Source of the DNA: Candidatus Multivoradales bacterium
GTDB taxonomy: Bacteria; Acidobacteriota; Thermoanaerobaculia; Multivoradales; JAHEKO01
Length of the DNA: 64,000 nt
Direction of reading: 5' to 3'
NCBI GenBank assembly: GCA_965223855.1
Contig: CBDCXM010000008.1
Span: 480,001-544,000, forward strand
The notes below the pieces were generated by a model. That model saw only the letters and a list, made by a program, of their open reading frames with translations, ran no database searches and was not told the origin of the DNA. Position numbers and translations under genes: made by a program. Of this stretch, positions 1 through 10,800 are shown in pieces. Position 1 is the stretch's first letter; each line of letters opens with the position of its first letter.

Positions 1-321
1 GGAATCGACCGTCTCGTTTCGGAACATCGGCTCGACGCTCTCGTCGCACCGACCGGCGGTCCCGCCTGGCCGATCGACCTCGTCAACGGCGACCACTTCG
101 GCGGCGGCAGCTCAACGCCAGCCGCGATCGCCGGATACCCCAACCTGACCGTCCCGGCCGGAGCGGTCTTCGGCCTGCCGGTGGGGATCTCCTTCTTCGG
201 TCCGGCGTTCACCGAGGCGCGTCTGCTTTCGCTCGGGTATGCCTTCGAGCAGGCGACGCTCCATCGCAAGCCGCCGCAGTTCCTGCCCACTCTTCCCTAC
301 GACCGGGTAGCGGGCCATTAG
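1..321 (+). CDS. Amidase-signature family enzyme, C-terminal fragment (5' end outside window)
   Basis: Frame 1 reads ...LDALVAPTGGPAWPIDLVNGDHF...AAIAGYPNLTVPAG..FGLPVGISFFGPAFTEARLLSLGYAFEQAT..* (TAG 319-321), a typical amidase C-terminus. Not in the ORF track because it lacks a start. Confidence 0.85.
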   Translation, partial: GIDRLVSEHRLDALVAPTGGPAWPIDLVNGDHFGGGSSTPAAIAGYPNLTVPAGAVFGLPVGISFFGPAFTEARLLSLGYAFEQATLHRKPPQFLPTLPYDRVAGH

Positions 322-445
322 CCCACCACCTGCGACCGGAAAGACGCCTGATCCGCGTTAGAATTGCGCCGTCCAGGGCCGGCGCGGCCGCGTCGCCCCC
401 TCACCCCGAGTTCGACCCCTCCACCCTGAGTCGAAAGGTCCAGAT

Positions 446-1699
446 ATGCGTCGTCTCCTTCTCTCCTACGTTGTCCTGACTCTCGCGGCGTTGACCGCCA
501 CCGCGCAGGTCGGCCGAGTGACCGGCAAGGTCCTCGACCTCGACGGCGAACCGCTGCAAGGCGTCGAAGTCAGCCTCGTCGACGTCGAGTCGAGCGCCTC
601 CGTCAGCACCGAGACGAGCAAGCGGGGCCGTTTCGCCCTCGCCGTGCGCGATTACTCCCGCGACTACGAAGTGGTTCTGCGCCTCGACGGCTACCAGCTC
701 ATCCGCGAATCGATCCGCCTCATCCCGAACGACCCGGTGATCGGCGAATGGACGATGGAGCCGGGAGACTCGGGCGGCGCCGTGCCCGGGCTCGACCTGT
801 CGCCCGAGGAGCTCGAGGCCAAGCAGGCTGCGGTCGATCAGTACAACGCCGGGGTCAAGGCGTACAACGAGGGAGATCTCGAGGCCGCCGCCGTCGCTTT
901 CGACGCCGCCATCGCCGAGGATCCGGAGTTGCAGGAGGCCTACGACATCGCGTCGGTGCTCCACATCCGCACCGGCAACAACGAACGTGCGCTCGAGCTG
1001 GCCAAGCAGATCCTCGTCACCCGACCGGACGAGGCGCGGGCGCTGGGCGTGCGCTACGACGCCCTGTACGCGCTCGGCCGTGAAGCTGAAGCCGACAGCG
1101 CGCTCGACGCGCTCGTCACCAAGGTGATCGACGGCGAGACCGCCAAGCGTGCCTACAACCGTGGTCTCGCCCTGGCGCGCGACTCCCGTTTCGACGACGC
1201 CGTGCCGCGGGTCGAGCAGGCGCTCGAGATCGACCCGGCGCTGGTACCCGCCTGGGGGCTTCTCGGGGATCTCGAGATCGGGCGCGGCAACTTCGAGCGG
1301 GCGATCGAAGCCGGCGACGCTCTCGCCGCCATCGAGGGCTCCGAGGAGCGCGGCCTGTCGCTGCGCCACCGGGCGTGCGAGGGGATGGGCGACAAGGAGT
1401 GCGCCATGGCGGCGTTGCGGGGCCTCGCCGAGCTCAACCCCGACGCGGTGATCAACAGCCGCTTCGAGCGCGGCCAGGATCTGTTCGACTCGAACCAACC
1501 GGAGGAGGCCGCCAAGCTGTTCCGCGAGGTGGTCGAGTTGCAGCCGGACAACGGCCTGGCGCACTACCGCCTCGGCCTCTGCCTGCTCAGCGCCGGCGAC
1601 ACGGCGACCGCGCGCACCCACCTCGAGCGCTTCCTCGAGCTCGAGCCCGAGCACCCCGAAGCGGCCTCGGCTCGAGACATGCTCGGCTACATCGAGTAA
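446..1699 (+). CDS. Secreted TPR protein with N-terminal carboxypeptidase-regulatory-like domain
   Basis: Signal peptide, GRVTGKVLDLDGEPLQGVEV domain, then TPR helices (AHYRLGLCLL...FLELEPEHPEA). Candidate -10 TAGAAT at 359-364. Confidence 0.85.
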   Translation: MRRLLLSYVVLTLAALTATAQVGRVTGKVLDLDGEPLQGVEVSLVDVESSASVSTETSKRGRFALAVRDYSRDYEVVLRLDGYQLIRESIRLIPNDPVIGEWTMEPGDSGGAVPGLDLSPEELEAKQAAVDQYNAGVKAYNEGDLEAAAVAFDAAIAEDPELQEAYDIASVLHIRTGNNERALELAKQILVTRPDEARALGVRYDALYALGREAEADSALDALVTKVIDGETAKRAYNRGLALARDSRFDDAVPRVEQALEIDPALVPAWGLLGDLEIGRGNFERAIEAGDALAAIEGSEERGLSLRHRACEGMGDKECAMAALRGLAELNPDAVINSRFERGQDLFDSNQPEEAAKLFREVVELQPDNGLAHYRLGLCLLSAGDTATARTHLERFLELEPEHPEAASARDMLGYIE

Positions 1700-1705
1700 C
1701 CCGAC

Positions 1706-2818
1706 ATGAAGACACGAACTCTGCTGGCGGCAGCCGCCGTCCTGCCGTGGCTCCCGCTCTCCGTGGTGGCGGCCGAGACCGAAGACGAATCCCGTTTCCT
1801 CTCGAAGACCCGTCGCCTGACGTTCGAGGGACGCCGCGCCGGCGAGGGCTACTTCTCCCCGGACGGCTCGGTGATGGTCTTCCAGAGCGAGCGGGAGCCG
1901 GGCAATCCCTTCTACCAGATCTACCGGCTCGATCTCGAAACCGGAGACACCGAGCGGGTTTCCCCCGGCCACGGCAAGACGACCTGCCCGTTCGTGCGGC
2001 CCGGGAGCGACGAAATCCAGTTCGCCTCCACCCATCACGACCCCGCTTCGCTCGACCTCCAGCAGCAGGAGCTGGACTTCCGCGCCTCGGGTGAGGAGCG
2101 GCGCTACTCGTGGGACTACGACCCCGAGATGGATCTCTACGTGACGACCGGGGACGGCTACCGCCGCCTCACCGAGGCGCGCGGCTACGATGCCGAGGCG
2201 AGCTACTCGCCCGACGGCGAGTGGATCGTCTTTTCTTCGATGCGCGACGCCTACAACCGCGAACTCTCGGCCGAGGAGGCGGCGATCCTCGAGAACGACC
2301 CGTCCTACTTCGGCGAGCTCTACCTGATGCGCGCCGACGGTTCCGGCGAGCGGCGGCTCACCGACGCCCCCGGCTACGACGGCGGGCCGTTCTTCTTCCC
2401 CGACGGGTCGCGCATCATCTGGCGCCGTTTCGACGAGAGCGGCCTCACCGCCGACGTCTACTCGATGCTGCCGGACGGCAGCGACGTCCTGCGGCTGACC
2501 GACTTCGGCGCCATGAGCTGGGCGCCCTACGTGCACCCTTCGGGCGAGTACGTCTTCTTCGCCTCGAACAAGCTGGGATTCTCGAACTTCGAGGTCTACA
2601 TGGTCGACGTCGCCGGGACGAAGGAGCCGGTGCGCGTCACCACGACCGACGGCTTCGACGGCCTGCCCGTACCGACGCCTGACGGCAAGCGACTCACCTG
2701 GACCTCCACGCGGCACGGCGGCGACGGCGGCCAGATCTACATCGCCGACTGGAATCACGACGCGGCGGTCGCGGCCCTGGCCGCGGCACCGCCGCGAACT
2801 GCGGAGACCGACGAATGA
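1706..2818 (+). CDS. TolB-like beta-propeller (PD40 repeat) secreted protein
   Basis: Signal peptide; repeated FSPDG/YSPDG/FFPDG/PTPDG and RRLT motifs. Confidence 0.85.
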   Translation: MKTRTLLAAAAVLPWLPLSVVAAETEDESRFLSKTRRLTFEGRRAGEGYFSPDGSVMVFQSEREPGNPFYQIYRLDLETGDTERVSPGHGKTTCPFVRPGSDEIQFASTHHDPASLDLQQQELDFRASGEERRYSWDYDPEMDLYVTTGDGYRRLTEARGYDAEASYSPDGEWIVFSSMRDAYNRELSAEEAAILENDPSYFGELYLMRADGSGERRLTDAPGYDGGPFFFPDGSRIIWRRFDESGLTADVYSMLPDGSDVLRLTDFGAMSWAPYVHPSGEYVFFASNKLGFSNFEVYMVDVAGTKEPVRVTTTDGFDGLPVPTPDGKRLTWTSTRHGGDGGQIYIADWNHDAAVAALAAAPPRTAETDE

Positions 2819-4638
2819 AGCAGGTCAGATTCACCCTCCCGTCACCGGCAGTTCTCGTGGTGGCACTCTTCGTAGCGGCGGTCGCTGCACCGGCGATCGT
2901 CGGCCCCCTGACGGCCGATGAGGGCCGCCTGCGTGAGGACGTCGGCTATCTCGCCTCTCCCGATCTCGAGGGGCGCCTCACCGGCAGCGACGGCGCCCGC
3001 GCGGCAGCCGCCTACCTGATAGCGGAACTACAGGAAGCCGGAGCGACTCCGCTACCCGGCCGCGACGGCTTCGAGCTGCCGTTCGAGTTCACGGCGGGCA
3101 CCAACGACGGCGGCTCCTCGGTCACGACCGGAGAGCAGACCTTCACGGGAACCGACGACGTCGTCGCGCTCTCCTTCTCCGAGTCCGACTCGGTCACCGG
3201 CGAGGTCGTCTTCGCCGGCTACGGCCTGGAGATCCCGGAGTCGCAGGGCTACCCCTACGACAGCTACGCGGGCCTCGACGTCGAGGGCAAGGTCGTGCTG
3301 ATCCTTCGCTACTTCCCCGAAGACGTCGACCAGGAGACGCGCGCGATCCTGTCGCGCTACTCCGGGCTGCGCTACAAGGCACGGGCGGCGCGTGAGCGCG
3401 GGGCGACCGGCCTGCTGATCGCCACCGGCCCGCGCTCGCCCAACGCCGGAGCGACGATCCCGATGGCGTTCGACACCGCCGTCGCCGGCTCCGACGTGAT
3501 CGCCGCGAGCATCAGCGGCACCGTAGCCGCGGCACTGTTCGACCAGGTCGCCGACAAGGACCTCGAGAGTGCACAGGAGGCGCTCGACAGCGGCAATCCG
3601 CACGTCACCGGCTTCCCGCTCGAAGGGGTCGAGGTGACGCTCTCGACCGCCGTCGAACGGGAACGCAAGACCGGCTACAACGTCGCCGGCATCGTGCCGG
3701 GAGGCCGCGGCGAAGGCGACAAGCCGTGGGTCCTCGTCGGTGCGCACTACGACCACCTCGGTCGTGGAGGCGGCGGCAACTCGCTCGCCGGCAAGGAGGA
3801 GCAGGACCAGGTCCACCACGGTGCCGACGACAACGCCTCCGGCACCGCCGCGGTGCTCGAGGTCGCCCGACGGCTGGCCGGCGCCGATCTGCGCCGCTCG
3901 GTCGCCGTCGCCTTCTGGTCGGGAGAGGAGCTCGGCCTGCTCGGCGCCAGCGCCTTCGTGAAGGAGATCGACCCGCAGGCGATCGCCGCCTACATCAACC
4001 TCGACATGGTCGGCCGGCCGCGCGAGAACCGCATCACCCTCCAGGCGATGGGGACGAGTTCGGTCTGGCCGTCGATCGTCGAGCGAGCCAACGTCCCCGT
4101 CGGTTTCGACATCAAGACGATGGACGATCCGTACCTGCCGACCGACAGCTCCGCGTTTCACCAGGCGGAGGTGCCGACGCTCAACTTCTTCACCGGCAGC
4201 CACGAGGACTACCACCGCCCCGGCGACACGGCGGACAAGATCGACTACCCGGAACTCGACCGGGTGGCGAAGCTCGCCACCCTCGTCACCCGGAGGGTCG
4301 CCGAGATGGAAGCCGCACCCGACTTCATCAACGTCGAGCCGCAGCGGCAGGACGGCGGCGACCGCGACTCGGTGCGTGCCTTCACCGGCACCATTCCCGA
4401 CTATGCAACCGAGGTCGAGGGGCTCCTCCTGTCCGGCGTGATCGAGGGTGGTCCGGCGGACGAAGCAGGCATCCAGGGGGGCGACGTCATCGTCGAGTTC
4501 GGTGGTCAGACGATCGCCAACATCTACGACTACACGTACGCCCTCGATGCGGTGAAGATCGGCGAGCCGATCGACGTGGTGGTGCTGCGCGACGGTGAGC
4601 GGGTGACGGTGACGATCACGCCGCGGGCGAGGAACTGA
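2815..4638 (+). CDS. M28 family aminopeptidase with PA and C-terminal PDZ domains
   Basis: GAHYDHLG, GADDNASG, WSGEELGLLG, NLDMVG, YHRPGD motifs; PA insert (VVFAGYG); PDZ (GPADEAGIQGGDVIV). ATGA overlap with the upstream gene. Confidence 0.92.
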   Translation: MKQVRFTLPSPAVLVVALFVAAVAAPAIVGPLTADEGRLREDVGYLASPDLEGRLTGSDGARAAAAYLIAELQEAGATPLPGRDGFELPFEFTAGTNDGGSSVTTGEQTFTGTDDVVALSFSESDSVTGEVVFAGYGLEIPESQGYPYDSYAGLDVEGKVVLILRYFPEDVDQETRAILSRYSGLRYKARAARERGATGLLIATGPRSPNAGATIPMAFDTAVAGSDVIAASISGTVAAALFDQVADKDLESAQEALDSGNPHVTGFPLEGVEVTLSTAVERERKTGYNVAGIVPGGRGEGDKPWVLVGAHYDHLGRGGGGNSLAGKEEQDQVHHGADDNASGTAAVLEVARRLAGADLRRSVAVAFWSGEELGLLGASAFVKEIDPQAIAAYINLDMVGRPRENRITLQAMGTSSVWPSIVERANVPVGFDIKTMDDPYLPTDSSAFHQAEVPTLNFFTGSHEDYHRPGDTADKIDYPELDRVAKLATLVTRRVAEMEAAPDFINVEPQRQDGGDRDSVRAFTGTIPDYATEVEGLLLSGVIEGGPADEAGIQGGDVIVEFGGQTIANIYDYTYALDAVKIGEPIDVVVLRDGERVTVTITPRARN

Positions 4639-5911
4639 CCGCCGGAAGCGCCACCCTGCCGCTCTCGCGGCGGAAACGAGCGGCCATCAGCACTCCGGCA
4701 ATGGTGAGGCCGCCGATGATCCCGATCCAGAGCCCGCGCGGCCCCATACCGCGGCCGAAGGCGAGCCAGTAGCCGACCGGCATGCCGACGAGCCAGTAGG
4801 CGATCACCGTGATGGCGAGCGGGCCGCGGGTGTCCTTGATGCCGCGCAGCGCTCCGTTGGCGGCCGCCTGCAGGCCGTCCGGCAACTGGAAGATCGCCGC
4901 GAGCAGCAGCAGTTGAGCAGCCATCGCGATCAGCTCCTCGTCGCTCGAGTAGATGCGCGCGATCCACTCCGGGAAGAGCAGCAACACGAGCGCGGCCAGC
5001 ACCTGCACCCCCACGGCGAGCTGCATGCCGACCCAGCCGGCGCGCGCCACGCCCAGGCGATCTCGCCTGCCGAGAGCGTTGCCGACCCGCACGGTGGTCG
5101 CCATGGTGATGCCCAGCGGCACCATGAACGAGAGTGACGCGACGTTGATCGCCACCTGGTGCCCCGCCACAGCGAGGGTGCTGATCGATCCCATGAGCAG
5201 CGCCACCCCGGCGAACATGCTGACTTCGATGAAGAGGGTGAAACCGATCGGCAGGCCGAGGGCGAGCAGCTCGCGAACCTTCGCCCACCGCGGACCGTCG
5301 AGGCGGTCGAACACCCCGAGCGGCGCCAGCCTCCGGTGGCGCCTGATGTAGACGACGATGCCGGCCAACGACACCCACCACACCAGCGACGTCGCGACGC
5401 CGCAGCCGACGGCGCCGAGCGCCGGCAGGCCCCAGCGGCCGTAGATCAGGCCGTAGTTGGCGACCACGTTGACGCCGAGGCCGAGAAAGCCGAAGTACAT
5501 CACCGGCCGCGAGATCCCCATCCCCTCGCACAGGAAGCGCAACGACAGGAAGCCGAACATCGCCGGCGCGCCCCACAGCAGAGCCGTCAGGTAGCCCATG
5601 ACGGTGTCGTGGAGGCTCGGGTCGATGTCGAGCGCCGTCAGGAGCCCGCGCGCCAGCGCCACGACCGCCGCCGCCAGCACCGTCAGCATCAGGACGATCC
5701 AGACGGTCTGGCGCATCACCGGGCCGATCCGATCGTGCCTGCCCTCGCCGTCGAGACCGGCCACCGTCGGCGGGACGGCCAGCAGTACACCGAGGCCGAA
5801 GAGCGTCACCGAGTGCCACACGGCGGCACCGGCCGCCACGGCGGCGAGAGCCTCTGCCGACAGCCGACCCGACATGACGGTGTCGACGAACGTCATCATG
5901 ACGCTCGTCAA
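4616..5911 (-). CDS. norM: MATE family multidrug efflux transporter (NorM-like); true start probably about 20 codons further upstream
   Basis: DTVMSGRL, LGLPIG, GHQVAIN, RVGNALG, GALRGIKDT motifs and about 12 hydrophobic segments. Confidence 0.85.
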   Translation of the reverse strand: MTSVMMTFVDTVMSGRLSAEALAAVAAGAAVWHSVTLFGLGVLLAVPPTVAGLDGEGRHDRIGPVMRQTVWIVLMLTVLAAAVVALARGLLTALDIDPSLHDTVMGYLTALLWGAPAMFGFLSLRFLCEGMGISRPVMYFGFLGLGVNVVANYGLIYGRWGLPALGAVGCGVATSLVWWVSLAGIVVYIRRHRRLAPLGVFDRLDGPRWAKVRELLALGLPIGFTLFIEVSMFAGVALLMGSISTLAVAGHQVAINVASLSFMVPLGITMATTVRVGNALGRRDRLGVARAGWVGMQLAVGVQVLAALVLLLFPEWIARIYSSDEELIAMAAQLLLLAAIFQLPDGLQAAANGALRGIKDTRGPLAITVIAYWLVGMPVGYWLAFGRGMGPRGLWIGIIGGLTIAGVLMAARFRRESGRVALPAVSSSPAA

Positions 5912-5976
5912 CTGCCCGAGGACGAGAGGTGCGGCGAGACGAAGGGTCCGGGCAGCTTCGGCCCGCCACGAATGGG

Positions 5977-6954
5977 CTACAGCAACTCCTCCACCGCCGT
6001 GCGCTCTTCGCGCAACTCGGCGTCGGTGGCGTCCATCCGGCGGCGGCTGAAGTCACTGATGTCGAGTCCCTGCACGATGTCGTACTGACCGTCGCGGCAG
6101 GCACAGGGATAGGAGTAGATCACCCCTTCGGCAATGCCGTAGCTGCCGTCGGAGGGCACCGCCATGCTCACCCAGTCGCCCTCCGGGGTGCCTCGCATCC
6201 AAGAGCTCACATGGTCGATCGCGGCCGACGCGGCCGACGCCGCCGAGGAGGCGCCGCGCGCCTCGATGATCGCCGCGCCGCGCTTCTGGACCGTCGGGAT
6301 GAAGGTCTCCTCGACCCAGGCGTCGTCGACCAGTTCACTCGCTGCCTGCCCACCGACCGTCGCATGGCTGACGTCGGGATACTGGGTCGAGGAGTGGTTG
6401 CCCCAGATCGTCATTCGCCGGACGTCTCGGGCATGGCGCCCGGTCTTCTCGGCGAGCTGCGAGATCGCCCGGTTGTGGTCGAGCCGGGTCATGGCACAGA
6501 ACTGCCGGCGGTCGAGGTCGGGAGCGTTCGCGGCCGCGATGAGGGCGTTGGTGTTGGCCGGATTGCCGACCACCAGCACGCGCACGTCCTTCGACGCCCG
6601 GTCGTTGATCGCCTTGCCCTGCGGGCCGAAGATCTTGCCGTTGGCACCCAGCAGATCCGAGCGCTCCATCCCCGGCCCTCGCGGCCGGGCGCCGACGAGA
6701 ATGCAGACGTCGGCATCGGTGAAGCCCTCGTCGATGTCGGAGGTCGCGACGATGTCGTCGAGCAGTGGGAAGGCGCCGTCGTTGAGCTCCATCACCGTCC
6801 CGCCGAGGGCGTCCATCGCCGGCGGGATCTCGATCAGGTTGAGCGCCACGGGCTGCTCGGTGCCGAGCATGTCGCCGGCGGCGATGCGGAAGCAGAGTTG
6901 GTAGCCGATGTTGCCGGCTGCGCCGGTGATGGCGACTCGAACGGGCTGACTCAT
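5977..6954 (-). CDS. mdh: Malate dehydrogenase (MDH type 2)
   Basis: [63 protein letters not shown]. Confidence 0.97.
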   Translation of the reverse strand: MSQPVRVAITGAAGNIGYQLCFRIAAGDMLGTEQPVALNLIEIPPAMDALGGTVMELNDGAFPLLDDIVATSDIDEGFTDADVCILVGARPRGPGMERSDLLGANGKIFGPQGKAINDRASKDVRVLVVGNPANTNALIAAANAPDLDRRQFCAMTRLDHNRAISQLAEKTGRHARDVRRMTIWGNHSSTQYPDVSHATVGGQAASELVDDAWVEETFIPTVQKRGAAIIEARGASSAASAASAAIDHVSSWMRGTPEGDWVSMAVPSDGSYGIAEGVIYSYPCACRDGQYDIVQGLDISDFSRRRMDATDAELREERTAVEELL

Positions 6955-7070
6955 CGAAGTTCCTCCAGGTCGGATCGGTCGGTCCGGGCAGGAGCGGGAC
7001 CACGGCAGTTATAGCGGGATTCCGCCTCGCCCTCAACCGCGGGCTCGAACACGAGCTCGATCTTGCCGGC

Positions 7071-7874
7071 TCAGAGCCGCCGCAGATAGCGCTCGGGGTC
7101 GTTGAGGAAGCTCCTCGTCAGGGTGACGTGCTCCAGCTCGTCCCAGGGCACCGTTTCCAGCCGCTCGCCGTCACAGCTCCAGATCTCCGCGCCGGGGCAG
7201 GCGAGCAGGATCGGCGAGTGAGTGGCGACGACGAACTGACTCCCTTCGTCGATCGCGTCGCACAGCATTCCCAGAAGCGCCAATTGGCGGAGCGGCGAGA
7301 GCGGCACCTCCGGCTCGTCCAGAAGGTAGAGGCCTTGCGGCACCAGTCGGCTGCCGAAGAGCTTCAGGAAACTCTCGCCGTGCGACTGGGCGTCCAGACC
7401 GTCGCCGTAGAGCGAGCGGATCTCGGCAAGGGATCGCGCATGCGGGCCCCGAGCGAGCTGCCTGGCGTAGTCGGAGCGATCCTCGTACTCGATCTCGATC
7501 GCCGCCAACTCCCGCTGCGACTCCGCCGCCAGCTCGGCGATCCGGCGGGCGTAGCCGAAGAAGTCCTCGGCGCGCAGGAAGAAGCCCTTCGCGGTCCTCC
7601 GGTTCCAGGTCAGCCTCAGGCAGGCCGCAAGTGCCCGGGCAGCCGTCAGGGTCTCGTCGACCTCGAGAGGATCGCTGCCTACGGCGACCCGCTCGGAGGC
7701 CACGGCGAGCGCCTCCAGAAGGGTCGACTTTCCCGATCCGTTCTCGCCGACGAGGAAGGTCACCGGGGCGCTGAACTCGAGGCGATCGAGAGTCGCAACG
7801 ATCGGCACCGAGAACGGGAAGGCCTCGCGATCCACCGCACCGAGATCGGCCTCGGCGCTCCGCAGTGGAATCAC
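7071..7874 (-). CDS. Stand-alone ABC/AAA-type ATPase (predicted ATPase)
   Basis: Walker A GENGSGKSTLLE, signature SHGESF, Walker B LYLLDEPE, H-loop ATHSP. GTG start at 7874 overlaps the upstream TGA. Confidence 0.85.
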   Translation of the reverse strand: MIPLRSAEADLGAVDREAFPFSVPIVATLDRLEFSAPVTFLVGENGSGKSTLLEALAVASERVAVGSDPLEVDETLTAARALAACLRLTWNRRTAKGFFLRAEDFFGYARRIAELAAESQRELAAIEIEYEDRSDYARQLARGPHARSLAEIRSLYGDGLDAQSHGESFLKLFGSRLVPQGLYLLDEPEVPLSPLRQLALLGMLCDAIDEGSQFVVATHSPILLACPGAEIWSCDGERLETVPWDELEHVTLTRSFLNDPERYLRRL

Positions 7875-10800
7875 TCTTCCGGCGCCGGGGCGATCGCCCG
7901 CACACCGGCCGCCGCGGCCGCCTCGTTGAAGTCGACGATCGACTCGTCGCGCAGCCGCTGCCATTCGAGACGGGCGTCTGCCATCCGCTCCCCGAGGAGC
8001 CGGTGCACCCCGTACTGCGCCTCCGTCGGCGCCAGATCCACCTGCTGGATGCCCCGCGCCAGGTAGCCGAGACGGGCATAGAGCAGCCGCGGCCAGCGCA
8101 GCGTGTCCTGACGCGCGCCGCTCAGCCGCAGATCGAAGAAGCGCCCCTCGAGCGCCCTCAGATCCTTCTCGAGCCCGGCGGCCCGCGACTCCAGCTCCTC
8201 GCTCCAGCGTGCATCCGGGACGCCCTGCCAGCGGTCCCGCAGCTCGCCGAGCTGTTGCCTCGCCGACTCGATCGCGTTGATCATCGAGGCGGCCTCGTCG
8301 ATCCACTCCCTCAACTCGCGAACGACCTCCTGCTGCTCGGCGAGACTCGCCTCGTCGCCGCTCGAGTGCGGATCCCTGGCGACCCTCAGACGGCTCGTCG
8401 ACACCACCTCGCCGTCGATCCGCAGCTCGAGCTCGTAGTCTCCCGGGGGCGCCAGCACCCCGAAGCGACCGCCGTCGCTCAGAGGGCGCCAGCCGGTGTC
8501 GGGCAGCTGAACATGGCTCGCCTCGTCGGGCGGGGTGCGGAGCCTGACCTCGGTCGTGCGTTCCTCGTAGAGGTTCCACACCTGGCGATGCAGGCCGCCG
8601 CCGCCGTCGAGCCCGCTGAGCGTGCGCACCTCGCGCCCTTCAAGGTCGAGAATGCGGATCGCCACCTCACCTCCGATCCCGGTGGGCAACCAGTAGTGCA
8701 ACGTCGCGCCCGGCGCCGGATTCTCGCCTGCCGCCTCGTTGTGGTACTCCTGCCACTCGGGCGCGCGGCGCCGGAAGCGGAAGGCAGCGCGCGGAGCGAA
8801 GAGGCGAGGCTCCCCCGCTTCGATCGCCCGATCCCACTCGCGCAGCGCCGACAGATCGTCGAGCACCCAGATCCCGCGTCCGTAGGTCGCCACCACCAGG
8901 TCGTCGAAACGCTGCTGGATCTCCATCCAGTGAACGGGCGCCGGCGGCAGACCAGCTCCGAGCTCCCGCCAGCTTCGACCGTCGTCGAACGAGACCCACA
9001 GGGCGTTCTCGGTCCCCAGGTAGAGCATTCCGGGACGCTGCGGATCCTCTCTCACACAATGGGCGTAGGCGAAGACGTTCTGTGGAAGGTCGCCGCGCAG
9101 ACTCGTCCAGGTGGCGCCGTAGTCGTCGGTGCGGAAGACCCAGGTTGAAGTGTCCCCTTCCTGGTGCCGATCGACGGTCAGATAGGCGCGCCCAGTCTGG
9201 TGCCGCGACGGCTCGACGTTGGAGATCGTGCCGAGCGGCGGCACGTCGAGACCGGCGGTGACGTCACTCCAGCTTTCGCCGTCGTCGCGGCTGATATGCA
9301 CCAGGCCGTCGTTGGTGCCGGCCCAGATCACCCCCGGCTCGAGCGGCGACTCGGCGATCGAGAACACCACCGGCGCGATCGTCGGCCCGGCATCGTCGAG
9401 GGTCAGACCGCCGGTGCGGCGCATCAGCTCCGGATCGGCGGTCGTCAGGTCGGGACTCACGATCTCCCAGCTCTGGCCGTGGTCGACCGAGCGGTGGACG
9501 TACTGACTGCCGTAGTAGACCGCCGGACCGTGAGGAGAGACGGCCAGCGGCGCCGTCCACTGGATTCGATAGTCGAGGTCGGCCGCCGCCCAGCTCTCGA
9601 TCGCCAGCGGCCAGACGCTCACCTGACGGGAGTGTCCGTTGTCGAGATCGTGCAGCTCGAGCAGACCGTCGTAGCAGCCCGACCAGACGAGGCTCGGATC
9701 GGCCGGATCGGGGCGAGCGAAGCCGACTTCACAGCCGCCGATGGTGCGCCACGCACCTACCGGGATCGGACCGAAGGACAGGGTGTTCGACGGCCCCATG
9801 GCACTCGGGCCGTCCTGGCGATTGCCGTAGACGTTGTAGGGGATCCTGTCGTCGGTCGCCACATGGTAGATCTGGGCGATCGGCAACTGCGGCCGGAACC
9901 AGCTCTCGCCCCGGTTGATCGTCAGGCTGACCCCGCCGTCGTGGCCGGTGATCCGCCGGTCCGGATCGAGCGGGTCGATCCAGATGTCGTGGTGGTCGTA
10001 GCCCGAGTTCTGCGGCTCGATCGAGTGCCCACCGTCGTGCGAAATCGACTGCTCGACCGCCATGAAGGTGACCTCGTCTGCATCGTCGGGCGCCACCGCC
10101 ATGCGGGTGTAGTAGAGAGGACGTTGCGTCAGCGTGTTGTCCGAGTTGACCAGTTGCCAGCTCCTGCCTCCATTGTCGGAGCGCCACAACACCCCCGCCT
10201 CGTCGTCGACCGGGGCAAAGTCGCGGTTGGAGCTCACCTCGATCAGCGCGTAGATCCTCTTCGAGTCGTCGGGCGACATCGCCAGCCCGATCTTGCCGAG
10301 CGGCGACGGCGGCAGCCCACGGCCTTCGAGGCGCTTCCAGTTGTCTCCGCCGTCGCGCGACACCCAGATTCCACTGCCGGGACCGCCGCTCGTCCGTCCC
10401 GAAGTGCGCATCTCGAACTCCCACATCGCAGCGAAGACGACGCGCGGGTTGTTGGGGTCGATCACGACGTCGATCGCCCCGGTGTCCTCGTCAACGAAGA
10501 GCACCTGCTCCCAGTTCCAACCGCCGTCCTGAGTGCGGTAGAGACCGCGCTCACGCTGCGGCCCGTAGCTGTGCCCGAGGGCCGCGGCGAATACGATGTC
10601 GGGCTTCCTCGGATGGATCGCGATCCGCCCGATCCGGCCGCTCTCGACGAGACCGGCATGCTCCCAGGTCGAGCCGCCGTCGGTCGAGCGGTAGACACCG
10701 TCGCCGATCGACACGTTCGAGCGAATGAAGCTCTCCCCGGTGCCCGCCCACACGACGTTGGGGTCCGACGGTGCCACCGCCAGAGCACCGATGGAGGACG

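Noticed and set aside
7875-8579. N-terminal extension of the ATPase ORF (similarly 17874-18086, 26847-27152, 46988-47245, 57381-57770)
   Set aside because: These extensions overlap neighbouring genes or leaders and lack family similarity; downstream starts have better RBS, promoter or coupling support.
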